Assembly: GCA_035480535.1 (NCBI GenBank)
Contig: DATIHQ010000072.1
Span: 3,417-67,416, forward strand
DNA from: Chlamydiales bacterium
Lineage (GTDB): Bacteria > Chlamydiota > Chlamydiia > Chlamydiales > SM23-39
Direction: 5' to 3'
Length of the DNA stretch: 64,000 nt
The notes below the pieces were generated by a model. The model did not search any database and was not told where the DNA came from. It was given only the letters and a program-made list of their open reading frames with translations. How positions within the stretch are numbered: position 1 is the stretch's first letter; every line of letters begins with the position of its first letter. This document shows, piece by piece, positions 50,323 to 59,133 of this stretch. The translations under genes and the position numbers were made by a program.

Positions 50323-50419
50323 ATTTTTTCACCACCGAGCCCACCGAGAGCACCGAGGAAAAATAAAAATGCGCGCATCGCGCCTCTGTGTTCTCTGTGA
50401 TCTCGGTGGTGAATTTTTT
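50321..50419. repeat. Structured palindromic intergenic repeat, type 1 (copy D), filling the gap between the convergent porin and acs stop codons
   Basis: The element reads AAATTTTTT-CACCACCGAG-CCCACCGAG-AGCACCGAG, then a 13-nt A-rich spacer, then GCGCG-CAT-CGCGC, then CTCTGTGTT-CTCTGTGAT-CTCGGTGGTG-AATTTTTTA. It matches copy A unit for unit. Confidence 0.85.
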
Positions 50420-52367
50420 ATCCTTTCGTAAGTGCCCTTGAGATTTCAATCAGCCGTTCCAGGAGTTTGGGGTCGGCGAGCGTGGAGGTGTCGCCGAGAT
50501 CTTCTGTGTTCCCTTCCGCAATCTTGCGGAGGATGCGCCGCATGATCTTCCCCGAACGAGTTTTAGGGAGCGCATCGGCAAATTGAATCTGGTCGGGAAC
50601 AGCAATGGCCCCGATTTCCTTGCGCACATGCTGTAGAATCTGCTTTTTCAGTGAAGCGCTGACAGTTGTCCCCTCCACCAAAACAATGAATGCATAGAGC
50701 CCTTGCCCCTTAATTGAATGGGGAATGGGAACGACAGCCGCCTCCGCAATGGCTTCAAAACTCACTAGCGCGCTCTCCACTTCTGCAGTTCCAATGCGAT
50801 GCCCTGAAACATTGACGACATCATCCATCCGCCCCAACAGCCAATAATCCCCCTCTGCATCGATTTTGCATCCATCGCCTGTAAAATAGAGGTCTTTGAA
50901 GGTGGAAAAATAGGTGCGGACAAAACGGTCCGGATCGCCCCACATGGTTCTCATCATTCCCGGCCAAGGTTTTTTGATGCAGAGCGCGCCTCCTTCTTGC
51001 GGGCCGCATTCCGTTCCGTCATCGCGCAAAATCACTGGCTCCACGCCAAAAAAAGGACGGGAAGCGCTGCCTGGTTTTAGCGTGTGAGCGCCAGGAAGGG
51101 GAGTGATGAGAATGCCCCCCGTCTCCGTTTGCCACCAAGTATCGACAATGGGACATTTTCCCTTGCCAATGACTTCATGATACCAGGTCCATGCCTCTGG
51201 ATTGATCGGCTCGCCCACCGATCCCAAAATGCGAAGAGAGCTGAGATTGTATTTATCTGGATAGGCTTCTCCCTTTGCGATGAGGGTGCGGATCACAGTT
51301 GGCGCTGTATAGAGAACGGTCACTTTATAATGATCCACAATTTCCCAAAAGCGCCCCGCATCCGGGTAGGTGGGCGTTCCCTCAAAAAGAAGCGTCGTGC
51401 ATCCATTGGCAAGCGGCCCGTAGATCATGTAGCTATGCCCCGTCACCCACCCCACATCGGCTGTGCACCAATAGATGTCGTCCTCATGAATATCGAAAAT
51501 CAACTTGTGAGAGAGGGCTGCATGGAGCAAATAGCCCGCCTGCGTGTGAACGACTCCTTTTGGTTTTCCCGTGGAGCCAGATGTATAGAGAATAAACAAA
51601 GGATCTTCGGCATTCATCGCCTCGGCGGGACAATCGGGACTTTTTCCTTGCAGCGCTTCATGGACCCATACGTCCTTTTTCCCCATGCGGCAGGCGTCAT
51701 CAGTTCTCTTCACGACAAGAACCGTTTCAATCGAAGGACATTTCTCAACGGCTTCATCGGCCAGCTCTTTCAGGGCGATTTTTTTCCCACCGCGCAGTCC
51801 CATATTTGCCGTGATGAGGATCTTGGAGCCGCAATCTTGAATTCGATGCGTCAGCGCCTCGGCACTAAAGCCAGCAAAGACAACGGAGTGGATCGCTCCA
51901 ATCCGCGCGCAGGCGAGCATCGCGATGGCAGCTTCGGGGATCATCGGCAAGTAGATGCAGACCCGATCGCCCCTCTTCACGCCTTTTGATTTTAATAGAT
52001 TGGCAAAACGACAAACGGCCTCATGCAACTCTCCATAGGTCAAGGAAGCATGCTCAGATTCAAGATCTCCCTGCCAGAGAATCGCTACTTTATCTCTCCG
52101 TTCTTTCAGATGGCGATCGAGGCAATTCACAGAGACATTGATTTGCCCATCTTCAAACCAACTATGAGAAATCTTCCCATCAGCCCACTCATATTTGCAG
52201 GCGACTGTTGGAGGGCGGATCCATTCAAGAGTTTGGGCCTGTTCCAACCAAAAAGCATCGCTCTCCTCAATCGATCGGCGATACATCTCTTCATACTCGC
52301 CCATGCTTTTTATATGCGCCGACTCAACCACATATTTTGGCGGAGAAAACGAGCGGGTTTCGTGCAT
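50418..52367 (-). CDS. acs: Acetyl-CoA synthetase
   Basis: [15 protein letters not shown]-binding motif, WWQTETGG, and the C-terminal [19 protein letters not shown] chose the start at MHETRSF by analogy with Acs N-termini; the ORF extends to 52406. Confidence 0.95.
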   Translation of the reverse strand: MHETRSFSPPKYVVESAHIKSMGEYEEMYRRSIEESDAFWLEQAQTLEWIRPPTVACKYEWADGKISHSWFEDGQINVSVNCLDRHLKERRDKVAILWQGDLESEHASLTYGELHEAVCRFANLLKSKGVKRGDRVCIYLPMIPEAAIAMLACARIGAIHSVVFAGFSAEALTHRIQDCGSKILITANMGLRGGKKIALKELADEAVEKCPSIETVLVVKRTDDACRMGKKDVWVHEALQGKSPDCPAEAMNAEDPLFILYTSGSTGKPKGVVHTQAGYLLHAALSHKLIFDIHEDDIYWCTADVGWVTGHSYMIYGPLANGCTTLLFEGTPTYPDAGRFWEIVDHYKVTVLYTAPTVIRTLIAKGEAYPDKYNLSSLRILGSVGEPINPEAWTWYHEVIGKGKCPIVDTWWQTETGGILITPLPGAHTLKPGSASRPFFGVEPVILRDDGTECGPQEGGALCIKKPWPGMMRTMWGDPDRFVRTYFSTFKDLYFTGDGCKIDAEGDYWLLGRMDDVVNVSGHRIGTAEVESALVSFEAIAEAAVVPIPHSIKGQGLYAFIVLVEGTTVSASLKKQILQHVRKEIGAIAVPDQIQFADALPKTRSGKIMRRILRKIAEGNTEDLGDTSTLADPKLLERLIEISRALTKG

Positions 52368-52440
52368 CAAGCAGTCGAGCGAACCAGTTCCCAACAGCGA
52401 CTCCAAAATGAAGATGACACGATATGCTTAAACTAAATTT

Positions 52441-53037
52441 TTACAAAGCGAAATCGTCTTCATAAGGCTCGGGCGGCCGAACTGGGCGGCGGCGGTGGGG
52501 GTGTCCGATGTCTATGATAACTTCTGGGGGATGCACTTGCTGTGGAGGAGCATCCGTAATATCTGGAACAAGATTTGGAACATCGGGAGCTATATGGATG
52601 GCAGGAATTAGAGGGAAATCGCCGAAACCAATCTCATCCCCATCGGGCTCGATTTCTAATTCGGAGTCAGAGGCTTCTACTTCAGAGTCATAGTTGCTGA
52701 ACAAATCAGGCTGAATGGGATCAAATACAAAGTTAGGCTTATCCAAATAGCGCAAACAGTCAGCGGCAAGCAGTTTAATTCTTTCTTGCAGATTTTTGAG
52801 CTCGGTTCTGGCTCCTCGGATTTTTTGATAAGAGCCGCTCTTTATGTAAGTATTGACCTGGTCGTTAGTGATGCTGAGCTTGGTGAATACAGAATCAATT
52901 GCCAATTTTTTGGCATGGTCATATTTTTCAGCGCAAAACGTACCGATGCGGGAGACTCTCTCATAAAAACTGTTTACGCTCTCGCTCCAGATAGCGAAAG
53001 TCATTCTATAGCGGTCTTCGAGGATCCAAGCATTCAT
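52441..53037 (-). CDS. Hypothetical protein with acidic / proline-rich C-terminal half
   Basis: 198-aa ORF with no recognisable domain. The GC content is visibly lower than in the flanking genes. Confidence 0.4.
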   Translation of the reverse strand: MNAWILEDRYRMTFAIWSESVNSFYERVSRIGTFCAEKYDHAKKLAIDSVFTKLSITNDQVNTYIKSGSYQKIRGARTELKNLQERIKLLAADCLRYLDKPNFVFDPIQPDLFSNYDSEVEASDSELEIEPDGDEIGFGDFPLIPAIHIAPDVPNLVPDITDAPPQQVHPPEVIIDIGHPHRRRPVRPPEPYEDDFAL

Positions 53038-53123
53038 ATTTTTTCCGCGGACAAGTATAGGATGATTGGGGTTTTTTAGGCAATGTCCTCAGGCTTCTTG
53101 TTCCCTGGCTCGAATAAGAAGCC

Positions 53124-53618
53124 TCACGTGTTGATGGCCCACCCAAGACGGGCGAGGAGAAATCTGAATACTAGCAAGGGGTGCAGGAAAAGGTTTCTAA
53201 GCAGCGTCGCGTAGGTGACGCTAGTGAGTTTTTTGTGGAGGGGAGGGCCGGGGAGGAGGGAGTCGGCGATCCAATCGGGGTAGGGGGGAGGGATGAGTTT
53301 GGGAAGAGAGATAAGGGGAAAGAATTGCACTTTTTTGGTTTCGCTGCTGGAGGCGGCGGCGCCGGAAAGAATGACGCATTCGTAGAGGTGAGTGGACTTG
53401 GCAAGGCGATTGATGGGAGTGTAGGCGCCGACGAGGCGGAGGATGCGGGTTGTAAAACCTGTTTCTTCCAAAATTTCCCGCAAGATGGCATTCTCAGATG
53501 TTTCTGAGGGCTCAATGCCGCCGCCAGGAAGGACCCAAACAGGGACGTCGCGCCGCTGGATGAGTAGGACTGAGGAGCGATCGGGAGAAAAAATAATGCC
53601 AGCTACGCTTTTTACCAT
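53124..53618 (-). CDS. NUDIX hydrolase
   Basis: Nudix box GGGIEPSETSENAILREILEETG. The start is ambiguous (53618 or 53654). Confidence 0.85.
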   Translation of the reverse strand: MVKSVAGIIFSPDRSSVLLIQRRDVPVWVLPGGGIEPSETSENAILREILEETGFTTRILRLVGAYTPINRLAKSTHLYECVILSGAAASSSETKKVQFFPLISLPKLIPPPYPDWIADSLLPGPPLHKKLTSVTYATLLRNLFLHPLLVFRFLLARLGWAINT

Positions 53619-54099
53619 GAGAAATAGAGTACTGATTTTTGCCATCCTCTGCAATAGTTTAACCGGGTGCTATAAAAACCATTTGTATGTGCAGCAAGAA
53701 TGGGTCGACAGGGAATGGTTGGCGAGCAGCCATGTGAAGACGCCCGATCCAAGGCAGGGATGTCCGCCAGAAGGGCAAAGACTATTGATCAGTTGGGATT
53801 TTCCACGAAGTATTTTTCGCACTGATTTGACCCTGATCGCAACAGTTCGTTTTTGGGATAATACGCAAAAGGAATTTGTCCATCCAATGGATCGAAGGAG
53901 GGACTTTACCACTTATTTTTTCCCGGTTGCTAATCCCGATCAAAGGATCTTGACTTATCGAATTCAGATCGTGAATGGAGAGGGGACTCTGATCGAAACT
54001 TGGAACCATCATTTCTGGACAGAACTAATCGATGTGGATCGGAGCAAGAGTTCTGTCTCTTCCCAACCGATGCAAGGGTCGGTGATCGAGACGCCATAG
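53617..54099 (+). CDS. Hypothetical lipoprotein
   Basis: MRNRVLIFAILCNSLTGC carries the lipobox L-T-G-C. The upstream part of ORF 53443.. is antisense to the NUDIX gene and is unlikely to be coding. The last 91 nt overlap the convergent DAHP synthase gene. Confidence 0.5.
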   Translation: MRNRVLIFAILCNSLTGCYKNHLYVQQEWVDREWLASSHVKTPDPRQGCPPEGQRLLISWDFPRSIFRTDLTLIATVRFWDNTQKEFVHPMDRRRDFTTYFFPVANPDQRILTYRIQIVNGEGTLIETWNHHFWTELIDVDRSKSSVSSQPMQGSVIETP

Positions 54100-55019
54100 T
54101 GAAGAAGCGAGCGGTCGTCGCCGAGGGGCTGCTTGCCGGCGAAGAGATGGCTCTCCAACATAAAGCCAGCGATGGCTTTGTTTTCGAGCGATTGCAGAGT
54201 GACCGATTCGAGAGCGAGGCGCTGCTTGCGATGATCCTTCGCCGAATTGCCGTGGGAACAGTCGATGATGAGGCGCGGCTCCAGATGTTGACTTTGCAGA
54301 ATGCGGAGCGCCTTGTCGACCGAAGCGGGGTCGTAATTGGGGTTTTGCTCAGCTCCCCGAAGGATGAGATGAGTGAGCGGATTGCCGTGGGTTTTCACAG
54401 CGGCGATTTTTCCTTGGGGATCGATTCCAATATGGGAATGGGCGAGGCGGGAGGTGATGATTCCTGAAATGGCAACATCTAGTTCCCCATGGATGTCATT
54501 TTTAAATCCGACGGGGAAAGAAAGTCCCGAAGCGAGCTGCCGGTGGGGCTGCGATGCGGAAGTGCGGGCGCCCACCAATCCCCAAGTGATGAGATCGTCG
54601 AAATAGGGGACGATTAGGGGCTCGAGAAGCTCTGTTGCGCAAGGGACGCCCCGCTCCGCCATTTCGACGAAGAGGCGGCGGGAGAGCCTGAGTCCCATGG
54701 CGATGTCGTTCGATCCATCTAAATGGGGGTCGTAGACCATCCCTTTCCAGCCGAGGCGGGTGCGCGGCTTTTCCACAAAAAGGCGCATCACGAGGAAAAG
54801 AGATTTTTCTAGTTCCTGCGCCAATTTTTTTATTCGCCCGGCATATTCACAGGCCGATTCTGGGTCATGGATCGAGCAGGGGCCCACGATGGCCGCCAAC
54901 CGCTCATCTTTTCTTTGTAAAATATTTTCAGCTGTTTTTCTTGCGGCAGCGATGAACGCCTTCGCAGGGCGCGATAGGGGGAATTCCTCTTTGAGTTCGG
55001 CAGGGCAAGGCAGTTCCAT
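54009..55019 (-). CDS. 3-deoxy-7-phosphoheptulonate (DAHP) synthase, class I (AroF/G/H type)
   Basis: IVGPCSIHD, EKPRTRLGWKG, IIDCSHGNS and the C-terminal SITDPCIGWEETELLLR. Confidence 0.93.
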   Translation of the reverse strand: MELPCPAELKEEFPLSRPAKAFIAAARKTAENILQRKDERLAAIVGPCSIHDPESACEYAGRIKKLAQELEKSLFLVMRLFVEKPRTRLGWKGMVYDPHLDGSNDIAMGLRLSRRLFVEMAERGVPCATELLEPLIVPYFDDLITWGLVGARTSASQPHRQLASGLSFPVGFKNDIHGELDVAISGIITSRLAHSHIGIDPQGKIAAVKTHGNPLTHLILRGAEQNPNYDPASVDKALRILQSQHLEPRLIIDCSHGNSAKDHRKQRLALESVTLQSLENKAIAGFMLESHLFAGKQPLGDDRSLLHYGVSITDPCIGWEETELLLRSTSISSVQK

Positions 55020-55113
55020 GGGAAATCAGGTTAAAAAATGATTCGATTCATTACAACCCCGTTTTTTTGACTGGGACAAAAAGAGAAAGGAACGTATCAT
55101 TTTGGAGTAAAAA

Positions 55114-56505
55114 ATGAAAGGATCCCTTTTTATGACATCCCTTGAAGCTTGGCTCGTGAGAATTGAAAATTGGGTTTGGGGAGCTCCTCTCCTCGTTCTT
55201 TTAACCGCCGTGGGGCTCTACCTCACGATTGCGTTAAGGGGCATCCAGTTTCGCTATCTCGCCTATTCTTTAAAACTTGCCTTTACAAGACAAGATGATA
55301 AGGCAGCTGGGGATATCAGCCAGTTTCAAGCCTTGATGACGGCGCTCGCGGGAATGATTGGGATTGGAAGTATTACGGGAGTAGCCACGGCGATTGCAAT
55401 GGGGGGCCTAGGCTCTTTATTTTGGATGTGGGTTGCCTCCTTGTTGGGGATGGCGACCAAATATGCCGAGGCGATTTTGGCGGTGAAATACCGCACCCTG
55501 GATGAAAAAGGGGAAATGTGCGGCGGTCCTATGTATTATTTGGAAAGAGGTCTCAAGTCCAAGGGGCTGGCCATTTTCTTTGCCCTGGTGGGAGCGATCA
55601 CAGCTCTTGGAACAGGCAATATGGTACAGGCCAACTCCATTGCAGGGGCGGTGACAGAATCGCTTCACATCGATCCGATGATTGTGGGGATTATCCTCGC
55701 GGCTCTGACGGGAATCGCTCTCTTTGGGGGGATCAAGAGCATTGGCAAAATTTCCAGCTGGCTCGTTCCTGCCATGGCCCTTTTTTATATCGCAGGGGGA
55801 ATGATCGTCATCTTGCTGAAAATTGAGGCGTTGCCGCAGGCGATGGGGGAGATTTTCCGGCAGGCATTTTCGCCTCAGGCGGCCTTTGGGGGATTTGCTG
55901 GGGCCTCCATCATGATGGCAATCCAATATGGTGTTTCTCGGAGCGTCTTTTCAACGGAAGCTGGCTTGGGGAGCGCCCCCATTGCAGCGGCAGCGGCTAA
56001 AACGGATGTCCCCGGGCGCCAAGCATTGATTTCCATGAGCGGCGTTTTCATCACTTCGATGATCGTCTGCACCATTACCGGTCTTGCCATTGCCGTTACT
56101 GGATTGCTAGGAAAAGTGGGGACGGATGGAAGGGTCCTCTCTGGATCTTCTATGGCTCTTCAAGCCTTTGAAAATGTCTTTCCGTATGGAAGTCTGGTCG
56201 TGATGATTTCTGTCGTTCTTTTTGGGTATTCGACCATCCTAGGATGGGCTTACTATGGCGAAAAATGCATGGAATATCTCTTTGGAATCCGGGTGGTTCT
56301 CTGGTATCGAATTCTCTTCACTCTCGTTTTGATTCCTGGAGCTGTGTTAAGCCTTCAAACAGTTTGGAGTTTTGCCAATATCATGAATGGACTGATGGCA
56401 TTCCCCAACCTCGTGGGACTCTTCGGCCTCTCTGCCATTGTCGTCGCTGAAACAGAGAGTTTTGAGAAGTTACTGAAATTTGAGCGGAGAGCAGCAAGTT
56501 TGTGA
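55114..56505 (+). CDS. Alanine/glycine:cation symporter (AGCS family), copy 1
   Basis: GDISQFQALMTALAGMIGIGSITGVATAI and FSTEAGLGSAPIAAAAAKTDVPGRQALISM motifs in a polytopic protein. Confidence 0.9.
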   Translation: MKGSLFMTSLEAWLVRIENWVWGAPLLVLLTAVGLYLTIALRGIQFRYLAYSLKLAFTRQDDKAAGDISQFQALMTALAGMIGIGSITGVATAIAMGGLGSLFWMWVASLLGMATKYAEAILAVKYRTLDEKGEMCGGPMYYLERGLKSKGLAIFFALVGAITALGTGNMVQANSIAGAVTESLHIDPMIVGIILAALTGIALFGGIKSIGKISSWLVPAMALFYIAGGMIVILLKIEALPQAMGEIFRQAFSPQAAFGGFAGASIMMAIQYGVSRSVFSTEAGLGSAPIAAAAAKTDVPGRQALISMSGVFITSMIVCTITGLAIAVTGLLGKVGTDGRVLSGSSMALQAFENVFPYGSLVVMISVVLFGYSTILGWAYYGEKCMEYLFGIRVVLWYRILFTLVLIPGAVLSLQTVWSFANIMNGLMAFPNLVGLFGLSAIVVAETESFEKLLKFERRAASL

Positions 56506-57872
56506 AAGAGTTTTTAGTTCGCTTCGATGCTTTTTTGTGGGAAGGATTCCTCATCTATCTCCTTCTTGGAGTGGGAATCTATTTCACTGTTCGGCTGAAA
56601 GGGATGCAGATCCGCTATCTTCCCTACGCTTTGAAATTGGCTTTTTCTAGACAAGACAATCAATCGGCTGGAGATATCAGCCAATTCCAGTCGCTGATGA
56701 CAGCGCTTGCGGCCACCATTGGAATCGGCAGCATCGCCGGCATGGCAACGGCTGTAATGGCCGGCGGCTTTGGCGCTATTTTTTGGATGTGGGTCGTTGC
56801 GCTGATCGGGATGGTGACGAAATATGCCGAGGCGATTTTAGCTGTCAAATTTCGCAAAGTAGATAGCAAAGGGAAAATGTGCGGCGGTCCCATGCACTAC
56901 ATCGAGCAGGGACTCGGCTGGAAATGGCTCGCCGTGCTGTTTGCGGTTTGCGGAACACTCTCCGCCTTTGCGGGAGGCAATCTCACCCAGTCCAATTCCA
57001 TTGCAGCGGCCATGTATGAGCTCTTTCAAGTGCCCCCACTTTGGACGGGAGCCGTTCTCGCTCTTCTGACGGCAGCTGTGATTTTAGGAGGCATCCGCTC
57101 TTTGGGCAAAGTCAATGCCATCCTCGTCCCTGTCATGGCGCTGATTTACATGGGAGGCGGACTCTTCATTCTCTTTATGAAGGCCGATCAAATTCCAGGC
57201 AGTTTCTACCTGATTTTTAAGAATGCATTCACAGGTCATGCCGCGGTCGGCGGATTTTTAGGCGCTGGCATGATGACGGCGATTCAATTGGGCATCGTGC
57301 GGGGCATTTCTTCCAATGAAGCGGGGCTTGGCAGCGCCCCCATCGCAGCGGCAGCGGCAAAAACGGACGTTCCAGGCCGCCAGGCGTTGATTTCGATGAC
57401 AGGCGTCTTTCTCTCCAGCTTCATCATCTGCACCATTACCGTGCTCGTCATCTGCGTCACGGGCGTGTTTGGCGCCGTCGATGCAAATGGAATCGCTCTC
57501 AATGGCGCCCCCCTCGTCATCCGCGCTTTTGAATCGGTCATTCCCGGCGGAGCTTGGATTGTGGCGATTGGGATCATTCTCTTTGGCTACTCCACGATTC
57601 TCGGCTGGTCCTACTACGGGGAAAAGTGTTTGGAATATCTCTGCGGCGATCGCTACCTTCTCCCCTTTCGCCTCGCCTTCATCGCCGTTGTGCTCGCGGG
57701 TTCTCTCCTAAGCCTCGATGTCGTTTGGGCCCTCGTCGACATCATGAATGGCCTCATGGCCTTCCCCAACCTAATCGCTCTCTTTTTCCTCAGCCCCGTC
57801 ATCGTCCGCGAAAGCCACACCTTCTTCGACCTCGTCGCCCGAGAAAAGGCTTTAAAAATCAGGGAAGCTTAG
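56502..57872 (+). CDS. Alanine/glycine:cation symporter (AGCS family), copy 2
   Basis: Colinear paralogue of the upstream gene with the same motifs. Its GTG start overlaps the upstream stop (GTGA). Confidence 0.9.
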   Translation: MKEFLVRFDAFLWEGFLIYLLLGVGIYFTVRLKGMQIRYLPYALKLAFSRQDNQSAGDISQFQSLMTALAATIGIGSIAGMATAVMAGGFGAIFWMWVVALIGMVTKYAEAILAVKFRKVDSKGKMCGGPMHYIEQGLGWKWLAVLFAVCGTLSAFAGGNLTQSNSIAAAMYELFQVPPLWTGAVLALLTAAVILGGIRSLGKVNAILVPVMALIYMGGGLFILFMKADQIPGSFYLIFKNAFTGHAAVGGFLGAGMMTAIQLGIVRGISSNEAGLGSAPIAAAAAKTDVPGRQALISMTGVFLSSFIICTITVLVICVTGVFGAVDANGIALNGAPLVIRAFESVIPGGAWIVAIGIILFGYSTILGWSYYGEKCLEYLCGDRYLLPFRLAFIAVVLAGSLLSLDVVWALVDIMNGLMAFPNLIALFFLSPVIVRESHTFFDLVAREKALKIREA

Positions 57873-58663
57873 CGGGGAGCAGATCTTTTTTTCCTCTCGA
57901 GCAGGTTTGTTAGTGCAGCGATTTTGTCAGCGGATTGTTCACTTTTTTTCGCATACATTATGGCAGTTTCGAGAAGTGCTATTTTTTCATTAAATTTAGA
58001 GTGAGGATACTGAATGGCTAGATTTGCTAATTTATTCTCATAAGCGACGGTTAGGTTATGATAGAGTTCTTTTAAGATTCCTTTCCGCATCGCTATAGTT
58101 TGTTTAGTGCATGAAATAAATGCAGCCTCCGCTGAAGAACTTCTCTGAGCAGAGGGCAATTCCTTAAATTCTGCGACATTTCTTTCTATCGACTTTAGAT
58201 GGCGCTTCCGTTCTCGATGCAGTTCGAGCTGCTTTTCTTCTTCTTGAAGGATTTGCTCAGAAAGAGTGGCGAGTTTAAGACCCGTACGGATCACTTCCTC
58301 ATCGTCTCCCCTTTTCATTGCAGCTTCCATCAGAGGCTGTAGGATCAGAATTTGGGAAAGGGCATCTATCGTTGAGGGAATTATAGCGTCAATGGTTTGT
58401 TCAATTTTCCTAGACGTTTCTTGAGCCGCATCTACGTGGGTTTGATTGGAACTTTTTTTATATTCTTCATATTGCTTTCTGCAGACAGATTGGCAGATTT
58501 TTTTATGAGAGGGCCAGTCTTGTCTTTGATGATCAGGGCCGCAATAGGAGATCCATTTGCAGGCGTCGCATTTTTTCAGAGTTTCGGTCGTTTGACAGAC
58601 GGCACACACCTTGGCTGGAATAGGGGTGCTTGAGCTGGAAGAAGAACTAATAGGTGCTGCCAT
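57869..58663 (-). CDS. MYND-type zinc-finger protein with a helical C-terminal region (eukaryote-like domain protein)
   Basis: CAVCQTTETLKKCDACKWISYCGPDHQRQDWPSHKKIC follows the MYND spacing C-x2-C-x8-C-x2-C-x5-C-x3-(C/H)-x7-H-x3-C, including the YC...Q..DW..HK..C hallmarks. A poly-Ser N-terminus is present and the GC content is low. Confidence 0.8.
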   Translation of the reverse strand: MAAPISSSSSSSTPIPAKVCAVCQTTETLKKCDACKWISYCGPDHQRQDWPSHKKICQSVCRKQYEEYKKSSNQTHVDAAQETSRKIEQTIDAIIPSTIDALSQILILQPLMEAAMKRGDDEEVIRTGLKLATLSEQILQEEEKQLELHRERKRHLKSIERNVAEFKELPSAQRSSSAEAAFISCTKQTIAMRKGILKELYHNLTVAYENKLANLAIQYPHSKFNEKIALLETAIMYAKKSEQSADKIAALTNLLERKKRSAPR

Positions 58664-58807
58664 AGAATTAACCCTAATGTTTTTTAAATATTATATCGTT
58701 TTTATGTTTAAAAATCGAGGCTGAAATAAGGGTGTGAAATTATCGATTTTTGTTCATGGAATTTCAAAATTCTGGTATAAATATGCTATTTTTTTCAAGG
58801 AGGTTCC

Positions 58808-59122
58808 ATGTTCACAGTTCCAGTCAGTTGGGCAAGCGGGACGATTAGTCTATTTAGGCATATGGGGAATTTAGGTAAGCCTTATAGGGTGGCCATCATT
58901 CGCAATGCGATATTTAGCGGAATTTTAGGAAATACCGTTCAAGCAATGTTAGTTATTAAGACAGAAGAGGTTAAGAAGTTGGTGTGGAAAAATGTGCTTC
59001 TTACGATAGCGGCTACGTTAGGCACCAACTATATTATTAATTTTTTAGCAGGACCGGAAACAGTGGCTCTTTGGGAGGGACTTCCTGAGCTGGCCGTGGC
59101 TAGTATTGGAGCTTTTTCCTAA
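58808..59122 (+). CDS. Hypothetical small membrane protein
   Basis: 104-aa ORF with AGGAGG 6 nt upstream of the ATG and 2-3 hydrophobic helices. Confidence 0.5.
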   Translation: MFTVPVSWASGTISLFRHMGNLGKPYRVAIIRNAIFSGILGNTVQAMLVIKTEEVKKLVWKNVLLTIAATLGTNYIINFLAGPETVALWEGLPELAVASIGAFS

Positions 59123-59133
59123 GACCCCTTATA

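Noticed and set aside
51084-51989. 301-aa ORF antisense to acs
   Set aside because: It is a shadow ORF within a highly conserved acetyl-CoA synthetase gene.
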